A stretch of DNA of 57,452 nucleotides from a virus (taxonomy: Duplodnaviria > Caudoviricetes), in the IMG/VR virus record IMGVR_UViG_3300048623_000040, positions 1 to 57,452 of that record; one strand, written 5' to 3'. Every line of letters starts with the position of its first letter. The stretch's first letter is position 1. This document shows positions 46,889 through 55,961 of this stretch, in pieces. The notes below the pieces were generated by a model. That model had not been told where the DNA came from. It ran no database searches and saw nothing but the letters and a program-made list of their open reading frames with translations. A program made the position numbers and the translations under genes.

Positions 46889-47074
46889 TCACGCGGCGGC
46901 CTTCTCGTGTTGCTGGCCATCTTCCAGCCTCTTCAGCATGTGCGTGTGGTGCTGAACGATCTTGCTGTACTCATGAATGCAGCGGCGATGGTACTCCATC
47001 GCGCACTGCCTGCATCGCCCTCCGATAATCGCCTTGCCGTGACTGCAGTTCCCCAAGAACGCCTGCTTCATCAA
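46889..47074 (-). CDS. Small Cys/His-rich hypothetical protein
   Basis: CSHG...CRQC; fits the operon. Confidence 0.5.
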   Translation of the reverse strand: MMKQAFLGNCSHGKAIIGGRCRQCAMEYHRRCIHEYSKIVQHHTHMLKRLEDGQQHEKAAA

Positions 47075-47108
47075 GCCCTCACTTGCATCAACGCAGCCTC
47101 GGCCAAGC

Positions 47109-47303
47109 CTAGCACGGCTTCTCCTGTCCTCTCATCGCGACACGCGCAGCAGCATCAATGTCGTCTGCCAACGTCCTGATATATTCCAGCCCCACCCGCA
47201 GTCGCTCGATCTCGTCGGCGGCTTCATCACCCAAGGGGCTGTAGGTGGCCTCGCCATACTCATACACCGAGGCCTTGCGCAGGCGTTGCACGATGTCGGT
47301 CAT
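47109..47303 (-). CDS. Small phage hypothetical protein (DIVQRLR...EAADEIERLR)
   Basis: ATG at 47303 overlaps the MTase stop; motif common in phage small proteins. Confidence 0.7.
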   Translation of the reverse strand: MTDIVQRLRKASVYEYGEATYSPLGDEAADEIERLRVGLEYIRTLADDIDAAARVAMRGQEKPC

Positions 47304-48151
47304 GACTTGGCCCTCACGATGGTCGTCGACTCGACGACGCGCGGTCCGAACACGAACCACGCGAAGTCAACACTGCCATTATGGCCGCGATCAGGGACAT
47401 CGGGCGGCAGCATCTTGAGTCGTCCGACGATGATCACCTTGGTCAGATGCTTCAGCAGGTCGGCGCGCTTCTGCGCGGCCACCCATGTCATGCGCAACAG
47501 CACACACACCAGCCTGTCGTTTTCAACGATGCGCAGCGCGTGACGCACATGATCGTCGGCCTTCGAGTAGGGCGGGTTCATCACGATGTTGCTCGGCGTC
47601 TCCATGCACGACAGGAAGTCGTAGCCGAACGACACGTCGACACCGAGGCGCAGGCCGGGCGTCGGCCATCGATACTTGTCGGAGCCTGACGCCGCGCGTC
47701 CCGCCTCGATCATCGTGCGCACGATGTTGCCGCGTCCACAGCTCGGGTCCCACACGCCGCCGTCCAGCTTCACGTTGCTCAGCAACTGATGCACGGCGTC
47801 AGGCGGCGTCTCGTAGTTGTCGTGCGGATCGCGCTCGTCCTCCATCAGGCCGTACTGGCCTGCGGCGCGGCGCACGCGCTTGAGCCGGGCAAGCCGCTTG
47901 GCCTTCTTGACCGCGAAGTCTGGGCTGTTCAGCAATGCGCGGGCGTGCTTGGCCGAGAGCGGCTCGTTGTCGGCGGCCAGCCTGCGCTTAGCCGTGGCCG
48001 TTGGTTCTGCCGTTGGGCGAGTGGATGAGGCGCGGGCCTTCGCGCGGGTCGGTGAGGTCGCGCTCTTCCGGGTCTTCGTTGGTCTCGATGAGCGTCGAGC
48101 CGCGTTCTTGGTTGTCTTGCGCTTCACGTCGTGCTGCCCCCGCCAGTTCAT
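47300..48151 (-). CDS. Orphan DNA amino-methyltransferase (N6-adenine type); true start probably downstream of 48151
   Basis: YETPP, WDPSCGRG (motif I), IVMNPPY (motif IV), FAWFVF. Confidence 0.85.
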   Translation of the reverse strand: MNWRGQHDVKRKTTKNAARRSSRPTKTRKSATSPTRAKARASSTRPTAEPTATAKRRLAADNEPLSAKHARALLNSPDFAVKKAKRLARLKRVRRAAGQYGLMEDERDPHDNYETPPDAVHQLLSNVKLDGGVWDPSCGRGNIVRTMIEAGRAASGSDKYRWPTPGLRLGVDVSFGYDFLSCMETPSNIVMNPPYSKADDHVRHALRIVENDRLVCVLLRMTWVAAQKRADLLKHLTKVIIVGRLKMLPPDVPDRGHNGSVDFAWFVFGPRVVESTTIVRAKS

Positions 48152-48647
48152 TGCGGCGAGCAGTATCTCTATCCTGTCGTTCGTTGTCTATGTCTATTGC
48201 GATGGGATCGACTGGCGTGACATCAATCGAGTCGTCGCCGGGGTTGTTGAGCCGTGCGTTGACCAGCCCCACAACAACAGCCTCGATCACGCTCTGGACG
48301 TCGGCCCGGCGCTTCACGTCATCGGGGTCGACGTCGTCCTTGCGCAGCCCGATCTTGCCCTCGATGCGCTCGGCCACGAGGTTGAGCGCGCTGGTATCGC
48401 CCGACAGGGCGCGCAGCACCAACGACTCGCCGAGTGCAACAATCGCCGGGATCGGGTCACGATGCTTGGGGGACGACCGGGCGATGAGCTCGTGCTTGTC
48501 GCGCAGCAGGGCGATCCAGACACTGGCCTTGATGGGGCTCTGCATCTCCAGAAATCGCCTGTGGTCGCTTTCGAGGCGCTCCAGCAACAGCTTGGCATCA
48601 CTGACCTGATCAGCGCTCAGCGGGGCTTTACGGGCATCCTCGGGCAT
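47988..48647 (-). CDS. terS: Putative terminase small subunit
   Basis: LVLRALSGDTSALNLVAERIEGK pattern; first gene of the late operon upstream of terL. Confidence 0.55.
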   Translation of the reverse strand: MPEDARKAPLSADQVSDAKLLLERLESDHRRFLEMQSPIKASVWIALLRDKHELIARSSPKHRDPIPAIVALGESLVLRALSGDTSALNLVAERIEGKIGLRKDDVDPDDVKRRADVQSVIEAVVVGLVNARLNNPGDDSIDVTPVDPIAIDIDNERQDRDTARRNELAGAARREAQDNQERGSTLIETNEDPEERDLTDPREGPRLIHSPNGRTNGHG

Positions 48648-48827
48648 GCGGCAGGATAGCACCGTCAAGGGGTTTGTACTTTGAGATGTGCGATTTGGTC
48701 GAGAACATTGGTGACGACTCGACCCTGCCTCAAACTCTACCGCAGGGGTTTGAGGCAGGCGGAGTCGTTGGCCGGGGTGTTTGTCGATCCGCGACCAACA
48801 CCCTCGCGCAACAGGGCGATTTTGGTT

Positions 48828-49100
48828 GTGGGCACAATTTTCGTTGTGCCCACACTGTGCCCACAGATGTGCCCACTGATTTTCCGTGCAATATCAATAC
48901 CTTATACATTAAGTGGGCACATGGGCACATAATATGTATAGGTACACATGCGCGCGCGCGCGCGCGAGGGGCACACATCGCGTGCGTGCGCGTATAGAGC
49001 TATACAAGTTCCCACTTGTGCCCACAAAAAAATAGGGCTTAACCTATTGATATTATTCAATAAGTCAGTGGGCACAGGAATTTCGAGATTTTGTGCCCAC
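48828..49100. repeat. Iteron cluster / putative replication origin or packaging site
   Basis: Eight perfect GTGCCCAC/GTGGGCAC copies in an AT-rich non-coding gap, arranged symmetrically around an alternating GC tract (48950-48966). Confidence 0.75.
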
Positions 49101-49186
49101 CAGCCCAAACACCCTGCACTCGGCCTGTAATTATCGCATAGCGAACAGGCGCAACAATAGTTCGCGCCTGAAATAGACCACAACAA

Positions 49187-51283
49187 TCACTCGGGTATTG
49201 CCTCGGGCTCCACCTCATCGGGCGGCTCAGGTGGCCTGACGTCCAGCCCGAGCTGGCCCTCTTCGTTCACCGGACGCTCAGGCGCAGACCGCGCATCAGA
49301 GGCCCACAACGCCTCGCTGTGAGGCACCAGCCTGATCTTGGTATCGAACACCGCGCGCGCGCTGATACACGTCCCAAGGTCAATTCCGCGCCTGTTGTCG
49401 TACCCGCACAGGATGACCGTGGTGGCCCCGCCCTCGACCGGGCGCTCCCCCACCGGGTCAGTCGACTTTGCCCGGCCGTCGCTGAAGCCGAGGCCGAGCA
49501 GCCAAGTGCTCAGCTTGCGCTGGCTGTACATCGGCCCCTCATTCCGTCCGCCGTGCAGCCGGTAGTACGACTCGTAGCTGGCGTAGAGCAGGGTGCGTGA
49601 CACCACGTTGCGCCACACCTCGAACTCGGGATGGTCGCCCTTGGGTTGCCAGACGTAGCGCCGCTCCAGCACCTGTTCGAGCCACTTGTGGTGTGGCTCC
49701 CACGAGAACTCGCGCTGCTCGGACATGGCGCGTGTGTGGTAGTTCTTGCGCACGTCGAAGCCGCTGATGTCGCGCACCAAGAGATCGAACAGCATGCATT
49801 CCAGCCCACCGTCCTGACGCATCTGCTTGGTGATCGCGCCGAAGTACGCCCGGTCATTGATGCGCTGCGAGCTGACCTTGTAGACCGTCGGCCGACGTGA
49901 CGATGTCGACACCCTGATCGCCCAGTCGCTGTTGGTTGCCATGACGATGTGCAGGAGGTTCTTCACTGTGTAGCGCGAGTAGAACTTGCGATGCACGCTG
50001 ATCACGTCCTGCGTCACCAGAGGCTTGAGTGCATTGTCGGTCTTGCGCGAGCCCGAGAACACCGCCTCGTCGGCAAACAGCGCGACCTTGTCCTGCAGGT
50101 GATCGTTGTAGCCGCTTGGTCCACCGGTCAGGCCCTCGGTGCTCGACACATAGAAGCCGTGCGACTTGCCGAGCAGCGCCGTGAACATGTCACCGAAGAC
50201 GCCCTTGCCGACGCCCTCCTCGCCCTGCAGCACGAGGAACGTCTGGCCCGGCATGTGCGGCTTCTGCACCATGTTGGCGAGCCAGTTGATCGTCCATCGG
50301 TATAGCTCGACGTCGCCATCGCAGATGACATCAAGCACCAAGCGTCGGAACCTGCGCCACGATCCCTTGGGTCTCGGCATGGTGATGCTGCCGCGCCCGC
50401 CCTTGCCGTCGGCGAGCAGCGCCTTGAGATCGTCGGGCAGGTCGTAGCCCTTGAAGCCTTCGAGCTGGGGTCCGAAGCCACGCCATGTGTTGAGCACGTT
50501 CTTGCTGGTCCTCATGCGCGGCACGCAGTCGACACCTTCGCGGTGGGCCTTGGCCTGCCCGCTCTCGATCCACCACCGTGGCCCATCCTTCTCGATGTCG
50601 CCCTGCCGCGTCGGGATCAGCACCTTGACGTCGGCGTAGTGGTCCTCGAACTCCTTGTAGGTGAAGTAGCGCAGCGTGTTGTCAGGCAGGCGCTCGACCA
50701 CCGTGGACTTCGAGGCCAAGCGCGCAGTCACGTAGCTCTTGTTGAACGCCTCGACCAAGGCGGCCTGCGTGTAGCTGCCGGGTGCAAGGAACGGCGAGTC
50801 GTTGTCGTGGCCATTGGCGCGCCGATGCTGGGGGAATGCGACCTGCTGGACGTTGCCACCGCGTGGCCGCCAGCGATGATTGAGCCGGCTGATCTCGCGC
50901 CTGAGCGCGGTCGCCTTGAACAGCGCCGCCTGAGCCGACGAGTAGTGCCGCTCGTTGCGCAGGAAGTCGCGCATCTCGACTTCGAGCCGGTCGAGGCTGT
51001 GCGCATCGTGGTAGCCGAGCGCCGCCAAGGTCGCGAAGTCCTCGACCGAGAGGCGCGAGATGAACTCACCGGCCGGGGGCTTCTCGACACCGAAGGGGGC
51101 CATCGCCTTGAGCCGTTCCATCACGTCTTCGATCTCGGCCGCCGTCGGCACCGCAGGTGGTGCGTCGGGCATTGCCTCGCGCACCGCGTCGGCCGCCTCG
51201 ATCTGCTCGCGCAGAGCCCGCTGCTCGGGCGTCTCCGCGTCCTCGGGTGGCGGTGCGCCGCCACTCCCACTTGTGTCCGTCAT
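49187..51283 (-). CDS. SF3 helicase (DUF5906 / D5-like)
   Basis: WLANMVQKP...LQGEEGVGKG Walker A; LFADEA Walker B; IVMATN...RR. Confidence 0.85.
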   Translation of the reverse strand: MTDTSGSGGAPPPEDAETPEQRALREQIEAADAVREAMPDAPPAVPTAAEIEDVMERLKAMAPFGVEKPPAGEFISRLSVEDFATLAALGYHDAHSLDRLEVEMRDFLRNERHYSSAQAALFKATALRREISRLNHRWRPRGGNVQQVAFPQHRRANGHDNDSPFLAPGSYTQAALVEAFNKSYVTARLASKSTVVERLPDNTLRYFTYKEFEDHYADVKVLIPTRQGDIEKDGPRWWIESGQAKAHREGVDCVPRMRTSKNVLNTWRGFGPQLEGFKGYDLPDDLKALLADGKGGRGSITMPRPKGSWRRFRRLVLDVICDGDVELYRWTINWLANMVQKPHMPGQTFLVLQGEEGVGKGVFGDMFTALLGKSHGFYVSSTEGLTGGPSGYNDHLQDKVALFADEAVFSGSRKTDNALKPLVTQDVISVHRKFYSRYTVKNLLHIVMATNSDWAIRVSTSSRRPTVYKVSSQRINDRAYFGAITKQMRQDGGLECMLFDLLVRDISGFDVRKNYHTRAMSEQREFSWEPHHKWLEQVLERRYVWQPKGDHPEFEVWRNVVSRTLLYASYESYYRLHGGRNEGPMYSQRKLSTWLLGLGFSDGRAKSTDPVGERPVEGGATTVILCGYDNRRGIDLGTCISARAVFDTKIRLVPHSEALWASDARSAPERPVNEEGQLGLDVRPPEPPDEVEPEAIPE

Positions 51284-51316
51284 TGTTCCCCGCAGTCTTA
51301 TCGTCTTATGCGCAAA

Positions 51317-51550
51317 TCACTCTCTCGGCACCGACTTGCGTTGCGGATAGTGATAGCGAATCCCGGTATCAAAGTCGGTTGCTGATGCCGTAATCATGGA
51401 AGCAATGATGCGCGAGGCGGCGTCAGGATTTTTGTCGAACCACTGCTGGCCGAAGTGATCGATGATAGCGCTGCGCGCATACAGCATGTAGTCGTGCACA
51501 GTTTCTCGTGCCTGTTGCATCAGCTCGCTGGCAGTCATGACGTCGCTCAT
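51317..51550 (-). CDS. Small hypothetical protein between primase and helicase
   Basis: AGGAG SD. Confidence 0.6.
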   Translation of the reverse strand: MSDVMTASELMQQARETVHDYMLYARSAIIDHFGQQWFDKNPDAASRIIASMITASATDFDTGIRYHYPQRKSVPRE

Positions 51551-51559
51551 TGCAGTCTC

Positions 51560-52552
51560 CTATGGTTTACGCGCGGCGTTGATCGCCGATTTGAAATCCC
51601 CTCGATGCTCAAAGTGCCTGAAAAGAGAAAAACTGTCGCCGAAGCAGGTGACAGGCGACGCCTTTACCGGCCGCCTGCCAAGCCCGGCCTGCGCGTCGCT
51701 GTCGCTGAATGAAACCCACCTCTCGGCCTCGCCGTCGCGCTTGATCACCGTCGCCCCGACACTACCGCTAGACTGCAGCGGCGACTTCCAGCGCGCGCCC
51801 GACTGCCGGTAGCCGTAGTGGCCCAGCGCCTCGACCAGTGGATGTGATTGGTTGAACGACTCGATGGCCGCCTTGGTGTTGGCGTCGAGCCCGATGCCGG
51901 CCCTGATCTCGTCGCGCTGGCTCTGCATGTCGGCGGTGTAGAGCCGCACCGCCAGACCGGTGATGGTGGCGAAGTCGACCGGGTAGCCGTCGACCGCCTC
52001 GCCGTACTTGAGGTTGGCCCGGCCCGCCGGGTAGCGCGCCGTGAAGAACAGCGACGCCGCGCCGAGCTTCGAGGGGTCGGTGACCCCGTCCAGCCGGAGC
52101 AGCTTGGCGAAGGCCAGCGCGACGAACGGATCAAACTCGGCCAGCGAGTCGTTGAGCAGCATCGGCTGGCTCAGCGGGGCAACCACGCGGTAGCGGGTGT
52201 CGCCCTCGTCGTGGCTGTGGGTGGTGTAGACCACGCTGGCAACCTTGAGCGCGCGGAGTCGTTTGACGATCTCCCACGGTGGCGGTGGGACTTCGCCGGT
52301 CAGCTTGCTGGCCTCGATGTCGAGCGCGATCCCGGTGCGGCAGATCAGGTGCTCGCCGCCCCGCTGGTCACCATGGAACTCGGCCATGCAGATCGCCATG
52401 CCATCCTTGTCGCCGACCTCGTGCGTGGCCAGAGAGGCGGCCAGCCTGCACCACTGGCCCTGCAGGCGGGTGCCTGCCGGGGTGAAACGATTGGGGAACC
52501 GGGTGACGACGACCGGGGCAGTTTCGGGCAACGACAGGATGGTTGCGGGCAT
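51560..52552 (-). CDS. AEP-family primase/prim-pol
   Basis: KDG...R...IALDIE...VYTTHSH...RYRVVAPL; start placed at ATG 52552. Confidence 0.75.
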   Translation of the reverse strand: MPATILSLPETAPVVVTRFPNRFTPAGTRLQGQWCRLAASLATHEVGDKDGMAICMAEFHGDQRGGEHLICRTGIALDIEASKLTGEVPPPPWEIVKRLRALKVASVVYTTHSHDEGDTRYRVVAPLSQPMLLNDSLAEFDPFVALAFAKLLRLDGVTDPSKLGAASLFFTARYPAGRANLKYGEAVDGYPVDFATITGLAVRLYTADMQSQRDEIRAGIGLDANTKAAIESFNQSHPLVEALGHYGYRQSGARWKSPLQSSGSVGATVIKRDGEAERWVSFSDSDAQAGLGRRPVKASPVTCFGDSFSLFRHFEHRGDFKSAINAARKP

Positions 52553-52709
52553 GGCAAGACCTTGCAGGGCATTTGGTTGCCCGGTCCGACCGAAAAATAC
52601 CGGTTGAACAGGGCTCGGTGTACCGCTAGGTCTTGTCCTAGCGGTTTTCTGTGACAAGTAACCGTAGCCTTCTTCCGGGTGCCCCCGCAACCGGTTTGAT
52701 GGCAACACT

Positions 52710-52740
52710 GGCCCCGCTGGAGAAATTCAGCGGGGCCTTT
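52710..52740 (+). terminator. Stem-loop with T-tract in the divergent intergenic region
   Basis: GGCCCCGCTG-GAGAAATT-CAGCGGGGCC-TTT. Confidence 0.55.
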
Positions 52741-52812
52741 CATTGTCTGCCCCATCTATTGTGTCGAAAACGATGTGGCCCACCAGATGTGGTCGAACTA
52801 TCCTGCCGGTTT

Positions 52813-52895
52813 ATCCTGTCGATTTCATTTGACCACGAGTCGTCGATATGAGATAACTCTCTCCTCGGGCGAACAGCGCCCCCTAACCAAAGGAA
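52813..52895 (+). promoter_or_regulatory. Early promoter/leader repeat, copy 1
   Basis: TCCTGTCGAT..TTGACC-N17(CGAGTCG)-GATAAC..GGGCGAACAGCGCCC-CCTAACC-AAAGGA. Confidence 0.8.
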
Positions 52896-52903
52896 TTTGA
52901 AGC

Positions 52904-53119
52904 ATGGCACGTCGTTCTTTCATCCGCCGGGGCTGCTACGGACAGGCCCCCTCCACCCGCCCGGTCAAGAAGTACGTCGCTGATCTCGGGCCGCGCCCGG
53001 CGGGCGGCTCCGCCCTCATCAACTGGCTGTGGGATTTCTGCATCGCCCCCGACTCCACCATCGAGCAGCGCAACGCCGCCGCCATCGAGCGCCGCGCCCT
53101 CCTCAAGGCGGTGGCCTGA
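52904..53119 (+). CDS. Early hypothetical protein
   Basis: Follows repeat copy 1 and its SD. Confidence 0.7.
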   Translation: MARRSFIRRGCYGQAPSTRPVKKYVADLGPRPAGGSALINWLWDFCIAPDSTIEQRNAAAIERRALLKAVA

Positions 53120-53123
53120 GACA

Positions 53124-53216
53124 ATCGACAGGATCGTCGATTATCCTGTTGACGTCAACCCACGACTCGTGAGATAAGATGACCACCGGGCGAACAGCGC
53201 CCCCTAACCCAAGGAG
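53124..53216 (+). promoter_or_regulatory. Early promoter/leader repeat, copy 2
   Basis: ATCGACAGGA..TCCTG-TTGACG-N18(CGACTCG)-GATAAG..hairpin-CCTAACC-CAAGGAG. Confidence 0.8.
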
Positions 53217-53222
53217 CTATGA

Positions 53223-53399
53223 ATGACCAACACCGTCACCCTTTCCCTGACCCGCCGTGAGGCCGAGATTCTGGCCGACGTGATGCGCCGCGCCCAGACC
53301 GGCGGCACCAAGCTGCACTACGACTACCCGACGATGGCCGAGCGCACCGTCACGCTGGTGACGGCGATCACCACCCTCGACGCACAGTTGGAGGGCTGA
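53223..53399 (+). CDS. Early hypothetical protein (58 aa, MTNTVTLSLTRREAE...)
   Basis: Translated by hand; AAGGAG SD. Confidence 0.7.
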   Translation: MTNTVTLSLTRREAEILADVMRRAQTGGTKLHYDYPTMAERTVTLVTAITTLDAQLEG

Positions 53400-53402
53400 G
53401 GC

Positions 53403-53621
53403 ATGACGCACAGTGAACTGATGCAGTACGCCAACACCTTCTTCATGGCGACCAAGCTGTTCCCCAACGAGATCGAGGGGCACATCAGGCGCGAGCTTCA
53501 TGCCGTGACAGGCACGATGACGCGCGAGGCGGCCCTGCGCATTCAGGCCTATCGCAACGTGCTGAAGGCGCAGAAGGCCAACACGATGGCCGCCATCGCC
53601 GACGTCGAGGTGTCGGTATGA
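53403..53621 (+). CDS. Early hypothetical protein
   Basis: GGAGG SD; coupled to neighbours. Confidence 0.65.
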   Translation: MTHSELMQYANTFFMATKLFPNEIEGHIRRELHAVTGTMTREAALRIQAYRNVLKAQKANTMAAIADVEVSV

Positions 53622-53824
53622 GCAACCCCCAGATGACGCTGAACCAGCTCCGCGACAAGCTGAACGCCATCGACGCCAAGTACGGTGACTACCCGGTCAC
53701 CGTGTGGGTGCAGGGCAACCAGCCTACCTTCATCGACCTGCGCATGGTGATAGGGCCGATGGACATCAGGAGCCCGGCCGGAACGCGCGGAGAGGTCATC
53801 ATCGACGCCAACATTCGCAAATAA
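53618..53824 (+). CDS. Early hypothetical protein
   Basis: ATGA overlap with the upstream gene. Confidence 0.65.
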   Translation: MSNPQMTLNQLRDKLNAIDAKYGDYPVTVWVQGNQPTFIDLRMVIGPMDIRSPAGTRGEVIIDANIRK

Positions 53825-53916
53825 ATCGACAGGACCCGTCATTGTCCTGTTGACGACGACCCACGACTCGTGAGATAAGATGGCCTCGGGCGAACAACGC
53901 CCCCTAACCAAAGGAA
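53825..53916 (+). promoter_or_regulatory. Early promoter/leader repeat, copy 3
   Basis: ATCGACAGGA..TCCTG-TTGACG-N18(CGACTCG)-GATAAG..GGGCGAACAACGCCC-CCTAACC-AAAGGA. Confidence 0.8.
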
Positions 53917-53924
53917 CTGAACAC

Positions 53925-54458
53925 ATGGCAACCGCGACCAACCACTTCCACGCAATCGACCCGCAGGGCGTCGCCCACACCCGCTCGACCAAGCGGACCT
54001 ACAGCCACACCGTGGTTGTCCGCCTTGGCGACGCCTACGCCGCCCGCCAGCTCGCCAACAGCCTGAAGCACACCGCCGCGCAGGCCCCCAAGGACTACGC
54101 CTTCCACCAGAGCGTGATCGACCGGAGCTGGCACTACGTCGACGGCAAGGTCGGCGGCACCCTGCGCTACCCCAACAGCACCACCGAGGCCGAGATGCTG
54201 CGCGACACCGCCAAGCACACCGCCGAGCTGGACGGTCGCACGGTCGAGCAGTACACCGCCGACGCGCTCGACGCCGTCCGCAAGAGCCACGCCGAGGACG
54301 TCGCCAAGGGCTACTTCAGCGACTTCATCAACGTCGGCTGGTGCGGTCGCCTCGACCTCGCGATGAAGCTGGCCAATGGCGGCCACCGCTACACCAACCC
54401 GCAGAACGTGATCGTCCTTGAGGCGGTGGCCGGCAAGCCGCCCAAGGCGGTGCGCTAA
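53925..54458 (+). CDS. Early hypothetical protein
   Basis: ATG after the repeat's SD; strong codon bias. Confidence 0.75.
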   Translation: MATATNHFHAIDPQGVAHTRSTKRTYSHTVVVRLGDAYAARQLANSLKHTAAQAPKDYAFHQSVIDRSWHYVDGKVGGTLRYPNSTTEAEMLRDTAKHTAELDGRTVEQYTADALDAVRKSHAEDVAKGYFSDFINVGWCGRLDLAMKLANGGHRYTNPQNVIVLEAVAGKPPKAVR

Positions 54459-54667
54459 TGGCCACTTTCATGGACCTCATCGAGCGCTCGCACGACGACT
54501 CGTTCGACAAGCCGGTCAACTTCTACGTCAAGTATCCCGAGGGCGTGACCGACGACTACGGCCAGACCGGCTACTACTTCCGCACCATCAGCGCCGCGAA
54601 GTACATGGCCCGCCGTGCCTTCAAGGCCAAGCCGGGCGACGTGCTCTACCTGCGCAAGGACATGTAG
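54458..54667 (+). CDS. Early hypothetical protein
   Basis: TAATG overlap. Confidence 0.65.
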   Translation: MATFMDLIERSHDDSFDKPVNFYVKYPEGVTDDYGQTGYYFRTISAAKYMARRAFKAKPGDVLYLRKDM

Positions 54668-54763
54668 CCCGCCACGCCCCATATCGCCCCGCCCAGCCCT
54701 GAGAAGCTGGTGCGGGGTATCAGGGTGCCAGCCCCACGCTGGCCTAACCAGAGGAGCTTCTAA

Positions 54764-55009
54764 ATGACCTACAAGGTTTACATGACCATCGAGCTGCGCG
54801 ACTCGTACGACTCCAAGGACGCGGCGATGGATGCCGCCGCCGAGGCGCTGCAGAACGCGGTGACGGTGTTCGACCCCGAGGCGCGCAGCTCGGTGTGGCA
54901 GGACATCGCCAGCGGCGCTGCCGTGCAGGCCCGCGTCTTCGAGGACGGCAAGGTCCTGAGCGGCGAGCAGCACGCCTTCGTGATCGACATCCACGACGGT
55001 GCGATATGA
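54764..55009 (+). CDS. Early hypothetical protein
   Basis: Hairpin-CTAACC-AGAGGAG leader. Confidence 0.7.
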   Translation: MTYKVYMTIELRDSYDSKDAAMDAAAEALQNAVTVFDPEARSSVWQDIASGAAVQARVFEDGKVLSGEQHAFVIDIHDGAI

Positions 55010-55221
55010 GCCGGCTCAGGGAGTTCCTGCACGCCGCCCGCCACGACGGCTGGCGCAATGCGTGGTGCCGCTGGTGCTGGCTCCGCCCGGCGGCGGCCGA
55101 CGACATCGGCTTCTGGTTCATCAGCCCGCACGGCGAGGACCAGAAGCCGGCCTGCCAGCGCTGCCTGCACGGCACGCGGGGCGACCTCCACCGCGCCCGG
55201 TGGGGCGTGGGAGAGCGCTGA
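55006..55221 (+). CDS. Small Zn-finger-like protein (CRWC...CQRC)
   Basis: ATGA overlap; two CxxC pairs. Confidence 0.55.
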   Translation: MSRLREFLHAARHDGWRNAWCRWCWLRPAAADDIGFWFISPHGEDQKPACQRCLHGTRGDLHRARWGVGER

Positions 55222-55427
55222 TGGCCACCATCAGGCGCGACCCTGCCCCCATCGGCTGGTTCCTCGACGAGCATGCGTGGCGGCTGCTGCTGCAGGTCAA
55301 GAGCCAGCTCTACGGCGACGGCAGGCACCTGACGCCCGACCATCGCAGGGACTTGGCCAACCTTCTGGAGGGGGTGACGTTCAACGCCATCCCGCTCAGC
55401 GAGGACGAGATCAGCGAAAAGGCATAA
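55221..55427 (+). CDS. Early hypothetical protein
   Basis: TGATG overlap. Confidence 0.6.
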   Translation: MATIRRDPAPIGWFLDEHAWRLLLQVKSQLYGDGRHLTPDHRRDLANLLEGVTFNAIPLSEDEISEKA

Positions 55428-55597
55428 GGGGGATCGGTCATCCTATGGGCTGCGAGGACAGCCAGAAACAGCAAGCCGCACCTGCCTAACCGCGCGCGCC
55501 CCACGGTAAAAACATCGCGCGCGGCATGGTCAAAGCCAGATCGGCACGGCGGTGTTACCTCCCGCTGGATATAGTGGCCAAGGCGGCATCCGGGCTA

Positions 55598-55627
55598 CCC
55601 GGCCGGTGGATTCAGACACCGGCCGGG
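55598..55627 (+). terminator. 11-bp stem-loop just before promoter copy 4
   Basis: CCCGGCCGGTG-GATTCAGA-CACCGGCCGGG. Confidence 0.55.
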
Positions 55628-55631
55628 ATTG

Positions 55632-55712
55632 TCCTGTCGATTTTATTTGACGCCATCCTGTCGATATGAGATAACACTGCCTCGGGCGACCAGCGCCCCC
55701 TAACCCAAGGAG
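55632..55712 (+). promoter_or_regulatory. Early promoter/leader repeat, copy 4
   Basis: TCCTGTCGAT..TTGACG-N17(second TCCTGTCGAT)-GATAAC..GGGCGACCAGCGCCC-CCTAACC-CAAGGAG. Confidence 0.8.
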
Positions 55713-55720
55713 CTACCTCA

Positions 55721-55957
55721 ATGCAAACCGTTTCAGTCCGCTTCGTCGACCTCAAGATTGCCGACATGGTTGCCCTGCCGACCAGCATCCCCGGCGAGCG
55801 CCTCGTGACCTCGGTGGTCGATCTGGAGGCCGCCTATCGCGGCTATGGCCGCCCCGCCCGCTACCGCGTCCAGTTCTCGGGCGGCAAGTACCAGTACGTC
55901 ACTGCCGACGACCGGGTCGACATGGTGGTCACGGGCTCCCTCACGGTGGGAGCCTGA
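55721..55957 (+). CDS. Early hypothetical protein
   Basis: Follows the SD of repeat copy 4. Confidence 0.7.
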   Translation: MQTVSVRFVDLKIADMVALPTSIPGERLVTSVVDLEAAYRGYGRPARYRVQFSGGKYQYVTADDRVDMVVTGSLTVGA

Positions 55958-55961
55958 GACC

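Noticed and set aside
48674-49186. Short ORFs across the iteron region
   Set aside because: Low-complexity translations of the repeats (CPQ/CAH, ARARAR) with atypical codon use
2977-51385. Many long plus-strand ORFs opposite the late and replication genes (e.g. 17755-19470, 21140-22621, 22824-24341, 40581-41915)
   Set aside because: Antisense shadows typical of high-GC3 coding DNA; Arg/Ala/His-rich with no motifs, while the minus-strand frames carry recognisable domains
55555-55600. tRNA-like fragment (TAGTGGCCAAGGC)
   Set aside because: No T-arm (GTTCRA) or acceptor stem could be built
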